From: an uncultured Candidatus Saccharibacteria bacterium
Lineage (GTDB): Bacteria; Patescibacteriota; Minisyncoccia; UBA6257; UBA11618
Assembly (NCBI GenBank): GCA_964432405.1
Contig: CAYSNH010000001.1
Location: 162,080-194,079 of the forward strand
DNA: 32,000 nt
Direction: 5' to 3'
Shown here in pieces: positions 8,474 to 17,561 of the stretch (position 1 is the stretch's first letter; each line of letters starts with the position of its first letter). Below the pieces are notes generated by a model. The model was not told the DNA's origin, ran no database searches, and worked only from the letters and a program-made list of their open reading frames with translations. Both the position numbers and the translations under genes were made by a program.

Positions 8474-9139
8474 ATGACAGCAAATGAGATTACTTATTTA
8501 AAACAATCAGATTCGAATTTTCCTCAATCATTAAGAGAGATTTCTTCTTGTCCAGGTATTTTGTATTTTAAAGGCAATAAAGATTTGTTTAATTATAAAA
8601 AAAAGATTGCCATTGTTGGGACTCGTAAGGCGTCTAAAGCTGGCCAAGCTATTGCTAGTCAATTAGCTAAAGACTTATCTCAGCAAGATGTTGTTGTTGT
8701 AAGTGGGCTTGCTTCAGGAATTGATAGAGCGGCTCATGAAGGTTGTTTAAAAGGTGTTGCCAAGACAATTGCCGTTCTTGGTCACGGCCTTCACTTAATT
8801 TATCCTGATGAGAATAAGGAGTTGGCTTTTCAAATAATACGCAATGATGGGCTGATAATATCAGAGTATCAGTCTGGGCATGCTATAGCTCCTCATCAAT
8901 TTTTAGAGAGGAATCGTTTAATTAGCGGGCTTTGTCAGGGTATAATAATTATCGAAGCTCCTAAGCGCTCTGGCGCACTCAATACCGCTAATCATGCCTT
9001 AGAGCAAAATAGAGACGTCTTCGTTGTTCCTGGCTCAATTCTTGATGCTAATTATACTGGTTCTAATAATCTGATTAAGCAGGGCGCTTATCCAATTACC
9101 TCTGCGCAAGATGTTTTAGATGCCATGAATTTTAAATAA
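8474..9139 (+). CDS. dprA: DNA-processing protein DprA/Smf (core Rossmann domain only)
   Basis: VVSGLASGIDRAAHEG, TIAVLGHGLHLIYPDEN, FLERNRLISGL and IIIEAPKRSGALNTANHALEQNRDVFVVPG are hallmark DprA segments. At 221 aa it lacks the usual terminal extensions. Confidence 0.9.
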   Translation: MTANEITYLKQSDSNFPQSLREISSCPGILYFKGNKDLFNYKKKIAIVGTRKASKAGQAIASQLAKDLSQQDVVVVSGLASGIDRAAHEGCLKGVAKTIAVLGHGLHLIYPDENKELAFQIIRNDGLIISEYQSGHAIAPHQFLERNRLISGLCQGIIIIEAPKRSGALNTANHALEQNRDVFVVPGSILDANYTGSNNLIKQGAYPITSAQDVLDAMNFK

Positions 9140-9201
9140 AATAATTGACAAGTTATTATAAATACATAAAACTTGAATCTTTGTAACAAAATATTTCAAA
9201 T

Positions 9202-11184
9202 ATGAGTAAATTAATTATTGTTGAGAGCCCAACTAAAGCCAAAACTATAAGCAAGTTTTTAGGAAAAGATTATCAATTAGAATCATCTTTTGGTCATATT
9301 CGCGACCTACCTAAAAGCACCTTAGGTATTGATGTTGAGCACAACTTCGAACCAAAGTATCTAGTGCCTGTTAAAGCCAAGAAGGTGGTCAAGCATTTAA
9401 AAGAGTTAGCCAAAAAAAGCGATGGTGTTATTTTAGCTACTGATGAGGACAGAGAGGGAGAAGCTATCGCTTGGCATCTTGCTGAGGCATTAGGTCTAAA
9501 AGGAGAGGAGGTAGAACGTATCGTTTTTCATGAAATTACCAAAAAAGCTATCGAGGATGCTCTTTCGCAGCCGCGTCGAATAGATGTCGACAAAGTGGAT
9601 GCTCAACAAGCTCGCCGAGCTTTAGATAGGATTGTGGGATACAAGCTCTCCCCCTTTCTTTGGAAGAAGGTAGCTCGTCGTCTTTCCGCTGGTCGTGTTC
9701 AGTCGGTGGCTTTGCGCTTGATTGTTGAGCGTGAAGAAGAAATAAGAAAGTTTAAGCCAGAGGAATACTGGAGTATCAATGCTTTATTAAATAAGGATAA
9801 GGATTTTGAAGCTAGCTTAGTTAAAATAGATGGCAAAGCGCTTGATAAGTTTGATGTTAATGAAAATAAAAGCGCTGATAAAATAAAGAAGGAATTAGAA
9901 AAAGAAAAATTTGTTATCAGTAAGGTTGAGAGCAAGGAGACTAAGAGAAATCCCTCTCCTCCTTTCATTACTAGTACTCTCCAGAGAGCGGCTTCTAGTC
10001 GCTTAGGTTTTACAGCTAAGAAAACTATGTTCGTGGCACAGAAGCTCTATGAGAAGGGTCACATTACTTACATGCGTACTGACTCAGTTAATCTTTCTCA
10101 AGAGTCAACTGTTGCTGCAAAGCAGTATTTATTAGAAAAATTTGGTAAAGAGTATGCCTCACAAGCACCGCGCGTCTTTAAGAAGAAAGCCAAAGCAGCT
10201 CAAGAAGCTCATGAGGCAATACGACCAACTAATATTGTTAATGATCCCGAGTCAATTAAATTAGCCGGTGACGAAAAGAAGGTCTATCGAATAATCTGGC
10301 AAAGATTTGTTGGCTCTCAAATGCCACAAGCTATTTTTGCTAGCACTACCGTTGAGATAGAGGCTGGTAAGTACGGTCTTAGAACTACTGGCAGCACTTT
10401 GCAGTTTGATGGTTTCTTAAAAGTTTGGCCTCAAAAATTTGAGGAAAGAGATCTACCACTTCTTAAAGAAAAAGATAAGTTAGTTTTGAAAAAGATTGAT
10501 GCCGATCAGCATTTCACAGAGCCTCCTCCTCGATATAATGAGGCCAGCTTGGTAAAAACTTTAGAAGAGCATGGTATTGGAAGGCCTTCAACTTATGCGC
10601 CAATCATTTCTGTTATTCAGGAGCGTAACTATGTTGAAAAGGAAAATCGTCGTTTTACTCCTACTCAAATAGGAGAGCTCGTTAATAAAATGTTAGTTAA
10701 CCACTTCCCTCGTATTGTGGATATTGATTTTACCGCTAACATGGAAGATAATTTAGACGATGTCGCTGAGGGGAAAAAGGATTGGCATAAGATCATCGCT
10801 ACCTTTTACAAGCCCTTTATTAAAAATTTAGAAATTAAATACGAAGAAGTGAAAAGCGAAAAACCAGAACCAGAAAAAACTGACGAGGTCTGTGACAAGT
10901 GTAGTAAGCCAATGGTTATCCGCGCAGGTCGCTATGGTAAGTTCATGGCCTGCTCAGGATTTCCTGACTGTAAGAATACTAAAAAAGTCGAGGGAGATGA
11001 TTCAGGACCTCAATCAACCGGGTTAAAATGTCCGGATTGCAAAGAGGGTGATGTTATTCAACGCTTTACTAGAAAGGGTAAGCGAAAATTCTGGGGTTGT
11101 TCTAAATATCCAGAATGTGAATATGCTACCTGGGAAGATCCGACTCAGGAAAAGAAAGAAAAAGAAGATAAAAAAGACGCTTAA
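9202..11184 (+). CDS. topA: DNA topoisomerase I
   Basis: Toprim start MSKLIIVESPTKAKTISKFLG, DEDREGEAIAWH, the active-site region ITYMRTDS, and C-terminal C4 zinc ribbons (CDKCSKPM...CSGFPDC; CPDCKEG...CSKYPEC). Confidence 0.97.
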   Translation: MSKLIIVESPTKAKTISKFLGKDYQLESSFGHIRDLPKSTLGIDVEHNFEPKYLVPVKAKKVVKHLKELAKKSDGVILATDEDREGEAIAWHLAEALGLKGEEVERIVFHEITKKAIEDALSQPRRIDVDKVDAQQARRALDRIVGYKLSPFLWKKVARRLSAGRVQSVALRLIVEREEEIRKFKPEEYWSINALLNKDKDFEASLVKIDGKALDKFDVNENKSADKIKKELEKEKFVISKVESKETKRNPSPPFITSTLQRAASSRLGFTAKKTMFVAQKLYEKGHITYMRTDSVNLSQESTVAAKQYLLEKFGKEYASQAPRVFKKKAKAAQEAHEAIRPTNIVNDPESIKLAGDEKKVYRIIWQRFVGSQMPQAIFASTTVEIEAGKYGLRTTGSTLQFDGFLKVWPQKFEERDLPLLKEKDKLVLKKIDADQHFTEPPPRYNEASLVKTLEEHGIGRPSTYAPIISVIQERNYVEKENRRFTPTQIGELVNKMLVNHFPRIVDIDFTANMEDNLDDVAEGKKDWHKIIATFYKPFIKNLEIKYEEVKSEKPEPEKTDEVCDKCSKPMVIRAGRYGKFMACSGFPDCKNTKKVEGDDSGPQSTGLKCPDCKEGDVIQRFTRKGKRKFWGCSKYPECEYATWEDPTQEKKEKEDKKDA

Positions 11185-11201
11185 GAGAAAGCGTCTTTTT
11201 T
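11172..11201. terminator. hairpin terminator spanning the topA stop codon
   Basis: AAAAGACGC-(ttaagagaaa)-GCGTCTTTT followed by a T-run. Lies between convergent genes. Confidence 0.65.
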
Positions 11202-11214
11202 AATCCATTAACTA

Positions 11215-12243
11215 TTAATTACTCATCGCATCAACCGCTTGTAAGAAGCCTTTGTAGGTAGTAGAGATTATTAGATAGTCATCAATAAGTCCGTAGTTAA
11301 ATGAAGCTATCGTTCCGCTACCAAAGGAAGAGTAGCGACTGGTATTGTTATCTCCTACCGGGCCAGTTTTAAAGTCGCTAGGATCAGTGGCTGGCGGAGT
11401 TAGAAAAACATTTTTAATAGAAGCTCCCTCGATTTCTTCTAATATTTTTTTCATACTAACATAGTCATAATCAGCTGTTTCTGGACTTCTAAGTCGCACG
11501 ATATATCCAGGCCATGTTCCGTAACCCAACTTTGAAGTGTTGTAATAAAGGAAACTGGTAAAGTCTTTTTCGAAAGAATTCTTTAGCATGTTTCCAGCAT
11601 CAGAGTCTTTAAGCTCTGGTAGCAAGGTAGTTAAAAAGTCATGACTGTTAGCTGGATTGCCTCCAATAGAGAAAGTCACCTCTTTTAATCCCTCTCCTTC
11701 ATTATTTGCTAGAACATTACTTCCTTCATTTTGTAAGGTGGTTAAGATAGCTATTAAGTTATAATCACTAACACTAAGAGAGCTAATATTGTCAGCTGAA
11801 TTACCAAAAGCTGATACGTGAGTTATGGCTGGAACGATAGGCTCTTCTACTGTCGTGTCTGTATCAGACTCTTCTACAGCAGTCTCTTCAGGAAATAGAA
11901 GTGGGCCAGCATATTTATAGCCAAGTAGGGCTACGCCAATTATTAAAACTATTACCAATAACCAGACTAACCATCGTCGAGCACCTCCTTTGGCTTCCAT
12001 CTCTACCACCCCTGGCGAACTGTATTCATTAGGAGAAGTTGTTTCTGGGGGAGTGATAGGCCCACCCATATCATCAATCTCAGAGGGCTTAATAATCTCT
12101 GGCTCAGGCATACCACCACCAGTTTCTTCGACTGATTTTACATCAGACTCTAAAGACCTCATTTTTATCTCGGGTTGAGGTGGTGGAGGCGGACCACCTT
12201 GTGAAGAATCTTGTAAAGGATTCTTTTCTTGTTCTCCGTTCAT
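11215..12243 (-). CDS. single-pass membrane protein with Pro-rich N-terminal region
   Basis: 342 aa: N-terminal GGPPPPPQPE low-complexity region, TM WLVWLLVIVLIIGVALLGY, then a roughly 220-aa globular domain. No family recognised. Confidence 0.75.
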   Translation of the reverse strand: MNGEQEKNPLQDSSQGGPPPPPQPEIKMRSLESDVKSVEETGGGMPEPEIIKPSEIDDMGGPITPPETTSPNEYSSPGVVEMEAKGGARRWLVWLLVIVLIIGVALLGYKYAGPLLFPEETAVEESDTDTTVEEPIVPAITHVSAFGNSADNISSLSVSDYNLIAILTTLQNEGSNVLANNEGEGLKEVTFSIGGNPANSHDFLTTLLPELKDSDAGNMLKNSFEKDFTSFLYYNTSKLGYGTWPGYIVRLRSPETADYDYVSMKKILEEIEGASIKNVFLTPPATDPSDFKTGPVGDNNTSRYSSFGSGTIASFNYGLIDDYLIISTTYKGFLQAVDAMSN

Positions 12244-12288
12244 GTTGTTTATTGTAGCACAATAAACAACTAGTCAATGTGGATATTA

Positions 12289-14379
12289 TTACACCCCTTT
12301 TAGAGAAAGACTGATCTTGCCGCGTTCTGTTTTAATGATTTTAGCTCTTACAGACTCACCTTCTTTAACAACGTCTTCTACTTTTTTAACAAAGCCGTCT
12401 TTTAACTCAGAAACATGAATCATTCCATCAGAGTTATAGCCAAATTCAACGATCGCTCCAAATTCTAGGATCTTAACGATCTTTCCTTCAACAATCTCCC
12501 CTACTTTATAGTCATGGGTTATATCCTCAACGATTTTTTTAGCCTCCTCTGCTGCTTCAGCGGTACCAGCAGTTATATAAATTTCACCACTTTGGTCAAT
12601 ATCAATACTAGTAACTCCAGTATCTTCAACAATTTTATTGATCATCTTTCCTCCAGAGCCAACAACAGCACCGATTTTATCAGGATCTATTTTAGTAATA
12701 GTAATAGTTGGCGCGTATTTAGAGATTTCTTTACGAGGCTCTTTAATAGCTTTGTTTAGAGCATCTAATATATGAAGACGCGCTTTCTTAGCTTGTTCAA
12801 GAGTGTCTTTAATGATTTCAGAAGTTATGCCATCAACTTTTACATCTAATTGAACAGCGGTTACGCCATCTTTAGTACCAGCTACCTTAAAGTCCATGCC
12901 ACCATGATGATCTTCCGGTCCCTGAATATCAGTTAAGACTTTATAGACGCCTTTTTCATTAATAGCTAGTCCCATCGCAATACCAGCTACTTGGTTTTTG
13001 ATTGGTACTCCAGCATCCATTAAGGACATTGATGATGCACACACAGAAGCCATTGAAGAAGATCCATTAGAAGAAAGGATTTCTGACACTAATCGAATAG
13101 TATAAGGAAATTCTGACTGATCAGGAATAATATTTTTCAAAGCTTTCTCTGCTAAAGCGCCATGACCAATTTCTCTTCTTCCAGGACCACGCATCCAACC
13201 GGTTTCGCCAGTGGAGTAAGGTGGAAAGTTGTAGTGAAGGAAGAAGTGCTTTTTGCCTTGAAATTCCATGCTTTCAATTTGTTGAGATTCACTTGGTGCT
13301 GCTAGAGTAGTGACCCCTAATGATTGAGTGCTGCCTCGAGCAAACAAAGCTGAACCATGATGTCTCTCAAATAATCCAACTTCAGAGTATAGATCTCTTA
13401 CCTCATCAATTTTTCTACCGTCAGGTCGTTTGTCATTTTCAACAATATTTTTGTGAAAGAGATTATTCAAAGCTTCTTCAAAAATATTACCAGCAAAAGC
13501 AACGTCCTTTTCTTCGTGATCCTCACCCTCTAACATGTCGGTCATTTCTTTATGAAGAGCAGACAAATTATCTTTACTTTTGTCTTTATCAGCTACATAC
13601 ATAGCTTTTTCTAACTTACCCTCTAGAAAGCTTTCCACTTTTTTAACTAGCTCAGGATCAGGTTGGCTTATTTCAACATCAGCCTTTTCTTTACCAATCT
13701 CTTTAACTACACTTTCCTGGAATTTAATTAATTTATTGATTTCTTTCTGACCTAGATCAAAAGCTTTTTGAATTTCATCTTCTTGAACTTGCTTCCCCTC
13801 TAACTCAATCATGTTGATAGTGTTTTTAGGGCCAGTCACAACACACTCTAGATCAAATCCTTCAGCTAGTTGTGAGATGGTTGGGTTAGCCACATATTTA
13901 TCACCAATCTTAGCTACACGAATTCCACCAATAGGACCTTTCCAAGGGATGTCTGAGATAGCTAAAGCCACGGAGGTGGTAGCTAGTGCTACAAAATCCG
14001 GATCATTCTCTCCATCAAAAGATAGGATAGTGACAATAATCTGCATATCTCGACGAATGTTGTTATCAAATAAAGGACGAATGGTTCTATCAATCATTCG
14101 GCCAGTCAAAGTAGCTTCATCAGAAGACTTTCCTTCTCTACGCATGTAGCGACTACCAAGAATCTTACCGGTAGCATAAAACTTCTCTTCATAATCAACG
14201 ACTAATGGCATGTAGTTGATATCTTTATCTCGATTACTCATTACCGCTGTTACCAAAACAGTGGTTCCACCATACTTACCAATCACTGCTGCATTAGCTT
14301 GCTCGGCTAGCCGAGATACTTCAAAAGTTAGGGGCTTACCCGCTACATCAATGGAAAATTGCTTTCTGTTTAATTTCAT
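12289..14379 (-). CDS. pnp: polyribonucleotide nucleotidyltransferase (PNPase)
   Basis: 696 aa with two RNase PH domains, a KH domain (IGAVVGSGGKMINKI) and a C-terminal S1 domain (GEIVEGKIVKILEFGAIVEF). Confidence 0.97.
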   Translation of the reverse strand: MKLNRKQFSIDVAGKPLTFEVSRLAEQANAAVIGKYGGTTVLVTAVMSNRDKDINYMPLVVDYEEKFYATGKILGSRYMRREGKSSDEATLTGRMIDRTIRPLFDNNIRRDMQIIVTILSFDGENDPDFVALATTSVALAISDIPWKGPIGGIRVAKIGDKYVANPTISQLAEGFDLECVVTGPKNTINMIELEGKQVQEDEIQKAFDLGQKEINKLIKFQESVVKEIGKEKADVEISQPDPELVKKVESFLEGKLEKAMYVADKDKSKDNLSALHKEMTDMLEGEDHEEKDVAFAGNIFEEALNNLFHKNIVENDKRPDGRKIDEVRDLYSEVGLFERHHGSALFARGSTQSLGVTTLAAPSESQQIESMEFQGKKHFFLHYNFPPYSTGETGWMRGPGRREIGHGALAEKALKNIIPDQSEFPYTIRLVSEILSSNGSSSMASVCASSMSLMDAGVPIKNQVAGIAMGLAINEKGVYKVLTDIQGPEDHHGGMDFKVAGTKDGVTAVQLDVKVDGITSEIIKDTLEQAKKARLHILDALNKAIKEPRKEISKYAPTITITKIDPDKIGAVVGSGGKMINKIVEDTGVTSIDIDQSGEIYITAGTAEAAEEAKKIVEDITHDYKVGEIVEGKIVKILEFGAIVEFGYNSDGMIHVSELKDGFVKKVEDVVKEGESVRAKIIKTERGKISLSLKGV

Positions 14380-14380
14380 C

Positions 14381-14923
14381 TTACTTTTTATTTGTTCTAG
14401 TTTTAGTTATTCTACCAATCTTCTTTTTCAAAATCATTTTAGGATTATTGTCTAAATCAATAAACTCCTCAGCCGCCTCCTTTAAACGACCAGAGGAGCT
14501 TCTACCAAACGCAGCCACTTCAACTCCTTTGCCTAATCCCCATTTGAGATAATCAACTAAAGGAACAAAATCACCATCTCCAGTCACCAGGACGATTACA
14601 TCCAGAGAATCAGCCATTCTAACAGCATCGACAGCCATACCAACATCCCAGTCGGCTTTTTTCATGCCACCAGGAAAGATTTGAATGTCTTTCATTCTTA
14701 ATTCAATGCCACTTTTTTCTAAGGCATCAAAAAAAGAAGATTCACCGACAGTACTTTCTGTCTTGACTACATACCCGATTGATCTAATTAATCTTCGGCC
14801 AGCAACCAACTCTTTCATTAGCTCTTTATAGTTAACACGAGCCTGAAAAAGATTTTTAGATGAGTGGTATAAATTTTGAATATCAATAAAAATACCCACT
14901 CTCTGCTCTTTGTTTTTAATCAT
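14381..14923 (-). CDS. NYN/LabA-like domain protein (predicted RNase fold)
   Basis: VGIFIDIQNLYHS near the N-terminus and DVIVLVTGDGDFVPLVDYLK are characteristic of NYN (LabA-like) domains. Its stop lies 1 nt from the pnp ATG and its ATG 2 nt from the rpsO stop. Confidence 0.8.
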   Translation of the reverse strand: MIKNKEQRVGIFIDIQNLYHSSKNLFQARVNYKELMKELVAGRRLIRSIGYVVKTESTVGESSFFDALEKSGIELRMKDIQIFPGGMKKADWDVGMAVDAVRMADSLDVIVLVTGDGDFVPLVDYLKWGLGKGVEVAAFGRSSSGRLKEAAEEFIDLDNNPKMILKKKIGRITKTRTNKK

Positions 14924-14925
14924 TA

Positions 14926-15186
14926 TTATAAACCTAACTTCTTCACTAGAGAGCTGTGAGTTTTGCTATCTGTTCTTGCTAGATAGCGGAGTAAACGACG
15001 ACGTTTACCAACCATTTTTAACAAACCTCTTCGAGAGTGAACGTCTTTAGGATGTTTTTTCAAATGAGATACTAATTCTTCGATTTGTTTAGTTAATAAG
15101 CTAATTTGAATTTTAGCTGAACCAGTATCACTTTCATGAGCACCGTGTTCTTTTATAATATTTTTCTTTTTACGTGGTGTAAGCAT
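14926..15186 (-). CDS. rpsO: 30S ribosomal protein S15
   Basis: 86 aa; [50 protein letters not shown] is the canonical S15 signature. Confidence 0.95.
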   Translation of the reverse strand: MLTPRKKKNIIKEHGAHESDTGSAKIQISLLTKQIEELVSHLKKHPKDVHSRRGLLKMVGKRRRLLRYLARTDSKTHSSLVKKLGL

Positions 15187-15190
15187 TTTT

Positions 15191-16285
15191 TTATTTTTTT
15201 AATTTAAGAAAAATTCTTTTCTCTTCAGGTTTTATTAATTCAATAGTGAAATTATATTCTTCGTCGACTTTTAATTGATTTTTCATTTCTTCAACTCCTC
15301 CAAATTCAGAAACATGAATAAGTCCCTGAATATTTTGGTCTAAGCTAATAAAGGCGCCAAATGGATTAAAGCGGTTAACCTTACCACTCACATCCTGACC
15401 TACCTCATAAGTCTTTTCTACTTCATCCCAAGGATTTTCTTTTAGAGCCTTGAGAGAAAGAGATACACGACCATCTTTAATCTCAACAATCTTTGCCTTT
15501 ACTAAATCATTAATCTTGATAATCTCTTTTGGATTTTCAATTAAGCGGTGATCAAGCTCAGAAATATGTATCAATCCCTCAATATCTGGATCATTAGCAA
15601 ACTTCATGAAAACTCCGAAGTCAGCTACACCGGTAATAATGCCATCGATGACATCCCCTTCTTTATAGCTTACTAACTTCGCTTTTATATTTTCTGTTGT
15701 AAGGGCTTTTTCAGAGATGATCAGCTTGTTAGCTCTAGAATTAACATCAATCACCTTAACTTTTAAGGTCTCACCAACAAGCTTCTCTAGCTCTTCTTGA
15801 ATTTTTGATCGATCACCATCATTAATCTGAGGATAGTTATCGACACTTAATTGAGAAACTGGCAAAAAGGCCTTTAAATTATTAATATCTCCTACCAATC
15901 CACCAGAGTTAGCCATATTCATTTTTATCTCAATAGTTTCTTCACTATCTTTAAGCTCTTTCATCTCCTCCCAGGCTTTTTGCTTGTGAGTTTCTTTAAG
16001 AGATAGCTCAGCATAGCCTTCATCGTTCTCTACTTCTATGACCTTGGCTAAAGTAGTACCTCCTTTAGAGAGCTCTTTGATAGTGTCTTGGGCGTTAATA
16101 AGCTCTAGACCATAGATGATTCCAGTGCCACGACGACCAAGGTCAAAAAAAGCGGCCTTATTAGTTTTGCCAATATAAGTTGCTTCTACCAACTCATTTT
16201 GTTTCAAAACAGCAATAGCTGCCGGGTCATTTTTTAAAATGTTAGCCAGTGGAGACCTGGCTTTTTTAGAAATATTAATTGACAT
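15191..16285 (-). CDS. rpsA: S1 RNA-binding repeat protein (ribosomal protein S1-like, four S1 domains)
   Basis: Repeated S1/OB units (e.g. [40 protein letters not shown]). The track start at 16336 is a TTG coinciding with a likely -35 box, so I prefer ATG 16285 (MSINISKK...). Confidence 0.85.
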   Translation of the reverse strand: MSINISKKARSPLANILKNDPAAIAVLKQNELVEATYIGKTNKAAFFDLGRRGTGIIYGLELINAQDTIKELSKGGTTLAKVIEVENDEGYAELSLKETHKQKAWEEMKELKDSEETIEIKMNMANSGGLVGDINNLKAFLPVSQLSVDNYPQINDGDRSKIQEELEKLVGETLKVKVIDVNSRANKLIISEKALTTENIKAKLVSYKEGDVIDGIITGVADFGVFMKFANDPDIEGLIHISELDHRLIENPKEIIKINDLVKAKIVEIKDGRVSLSLKALKENPWDEVEKTYEVGQDVSGKVNRFNPFGAFISLDQNIQGLIHVSEFGGVEEMKNQLKVDEEYNFTIELIKPEEKRIFLKLKK

Positions 16286-16307
16286 AATAATCAGAAAATA
16301 TATCAAA

Positions 16308-16336
16308 ACTATAGTGGTTTTATTTAAAAAAAGCAA
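16308..16336 (-). promoter_or_regulatory. candidate promoter of the S1-rpsO-NYN-pnp operon
   Basis: On the minus strand, TTGCTT (16336-16331), a 17-nt spacer, then TATAGT (16313-16308), about 20 nt upstream of ATG 16285. Confidence 0.4.
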
Positions 16337-16360
16337 GCTTTATTTAATAAGATAAAAGAA

Positions 16361-16380
16361 AAGACCCGTTTCCGGGTCCT
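16361..16380 (-). terminator. intrinsic terminator of the 62-aa ORFan
   Basis: The minus strand reads GACCCG-gaaa-CGGGTC followed by TTTTCTTTTAT, immediately after the stop at 16385. Confidence 0.7.
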
Positions 16381-16384
16381 TGAA

Positions 16385-16573
16385 TTAATAATCTTCAGTA
16401 TGACCAATAGCGCTTGAGGGCATGCTAAGGGTTGGGATTATGGGCACAACCCAAGGTTTTGTGCCTTGATCAACGCACGCTCTTCGAGCCTCTTCTCTAG
16501 CTGTCCAACTGGCCCTAATTTTTAAGCATGCAGCGTGAATTTCTTCTGGTGTTGGTGATGGCCTCTCTGTCAT
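16385..16573 (-). CDS. 62-aa ORFan (cassette B)
   Basis: The track ORF starts at a TTG (16657). I prefer the internal ATG at 16573, preceded by AAAGGA 7 nt upstream. Product is MTERPSPTPEEIHAACLKIRASWTAREEARRACVDQGTKPWVVPIIPTLSMPSSAIGHTEDY. It has its own terminator and no recognised family. Confidence 0.55.
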   Translation of the reverse strand: MTERPSPTPEEIHAACLKIRASWTAREEARRACVDQGTKPWVVPIIPTLSMPSSAIGHTEDY

Positions 16574-16685
16574 TTGCGAATCCTTTCTTTTTAAAGTTCT
16601 ATAATCTCTCAAAGAGACGTGTTCATATATAATAGAACAAAACAATGAAAAAAGCAACTTGTTTTACATCAAAAAAAGTGCTAGA

Positions 16686-17195
16686 ATGAAGCATAAATTA
16701 ATTATGATTATTAACTCTCTTGGTGAAGGAGGGGTTAGAATTCAAACCTCTGGAACTACAATTATAATCGAACCCTATAAAGACAAGATTCCCGCTCGTG
16801 TTAAAGCGGATATCTTTATTAAAACCACTTCAAACGAAGATAAGGTGGTTGCTGATCACATTATTAAGGGTCCTGGCGAGTATGAAATCAAAGAGGTGGA
16901 GATTGTTGGCTTCCATCCTTTCATTTATCGTCTTAAAGCTGAAAATCTTTCTCTTGGATTTTTGGGCATGCATAGTTCTGAGGATTTAACCGATATCGAT
17001 ATTTTATTTGTCGATGGTGATAGTGAGAAAGCTAAGATTATTAGGCAAATAGAACCAAAGATGGTGGTAGTGGTTAGTGGCAAGGCTGAGGAGATTGGTA
17101 AAGAGTTAGGTCTGAAGGCTAATAAGCAGGAGAAGATTACTTTAAAAAAGAAAGATTTAGCTAATCAAGACATGCAGCTTGTTCAATTGAAATGA
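16686..17195 (+). CDS. hypothetical protein, possibly a degenerate metallo-beta-lactamase-fold protein
   Basis: The track start at 16659 is TTG; the first ATG is at 16686 (MKHKLIMIINSLGEGGVRIQTSGTTIIIEPY...). The N-terminal strand pattern resembles UPF0173/MBL-fold proteins, but no HxHxDH motif is present. Weak call. Confidence 0.45.
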   Translation: MKHKLIMIINSLGEGGVRIQTSGTTIIIEPYKDKIPARVKADIFIKTTSNEDKVVADHIIKGPGEYEIKEVEIVGFHPFIYRLKAENLSLGFLGMHSSEDLTDIDILFVDGDSEKAKIIRQIEPKMVVVVSGKAEEIGKELGLKANKQEKITLKKKDLANQDMQLVQLK

Positions 17196-17560
17196 GTAAA
17201 GATATAAAAAGTTTTATTTCTAGGATTCAAGAGTCCGATGAGAATACTAAAAAAAAGTGGCTAATTATCCTATCTAGTATTAGCTCGGTTATTGTCATTG
17301 GTCTTTGGGCGGTGTATCTTAACTTTACCACCGCTAGTATAACTGCGGTTAATCCGATGCAAGAAAAAAAACCAGGATTTTTTAAAGTTTTCTTTGCCGG
17401 CGCATCAGTAGTTGGTGATAAGGCAACAACAGGATTAGCTAACAGTTATGTTTATTTCAGTGACAAGACCAAGTCTGAAAATAAGTTTTCAATTAACAAG
17501 GACGAACACAATTTTATTTATAAAGAGATAAAACCATTACCTAATAGACAGCTACCATAA
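17192..17560 (+). CDS. single-pass membrane protein of unknown function
   Basis: 122 aa; its ATG overlaps the upstream stop (ATGA); [23 protein letters not shown]. Confidence 0.65.
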   Translation: MSKDIKSFISRIQESDENTKKKWLIILSSISSVIVIGLWAVYLNFTTASITAVNPMQEKKPGFFKVFFAGASVVGDKATTGLANSYVYFSDKTKSENKFSINKDEHNFIYKEIKPLPNRQLP

Positions 17561-17561
17561 T

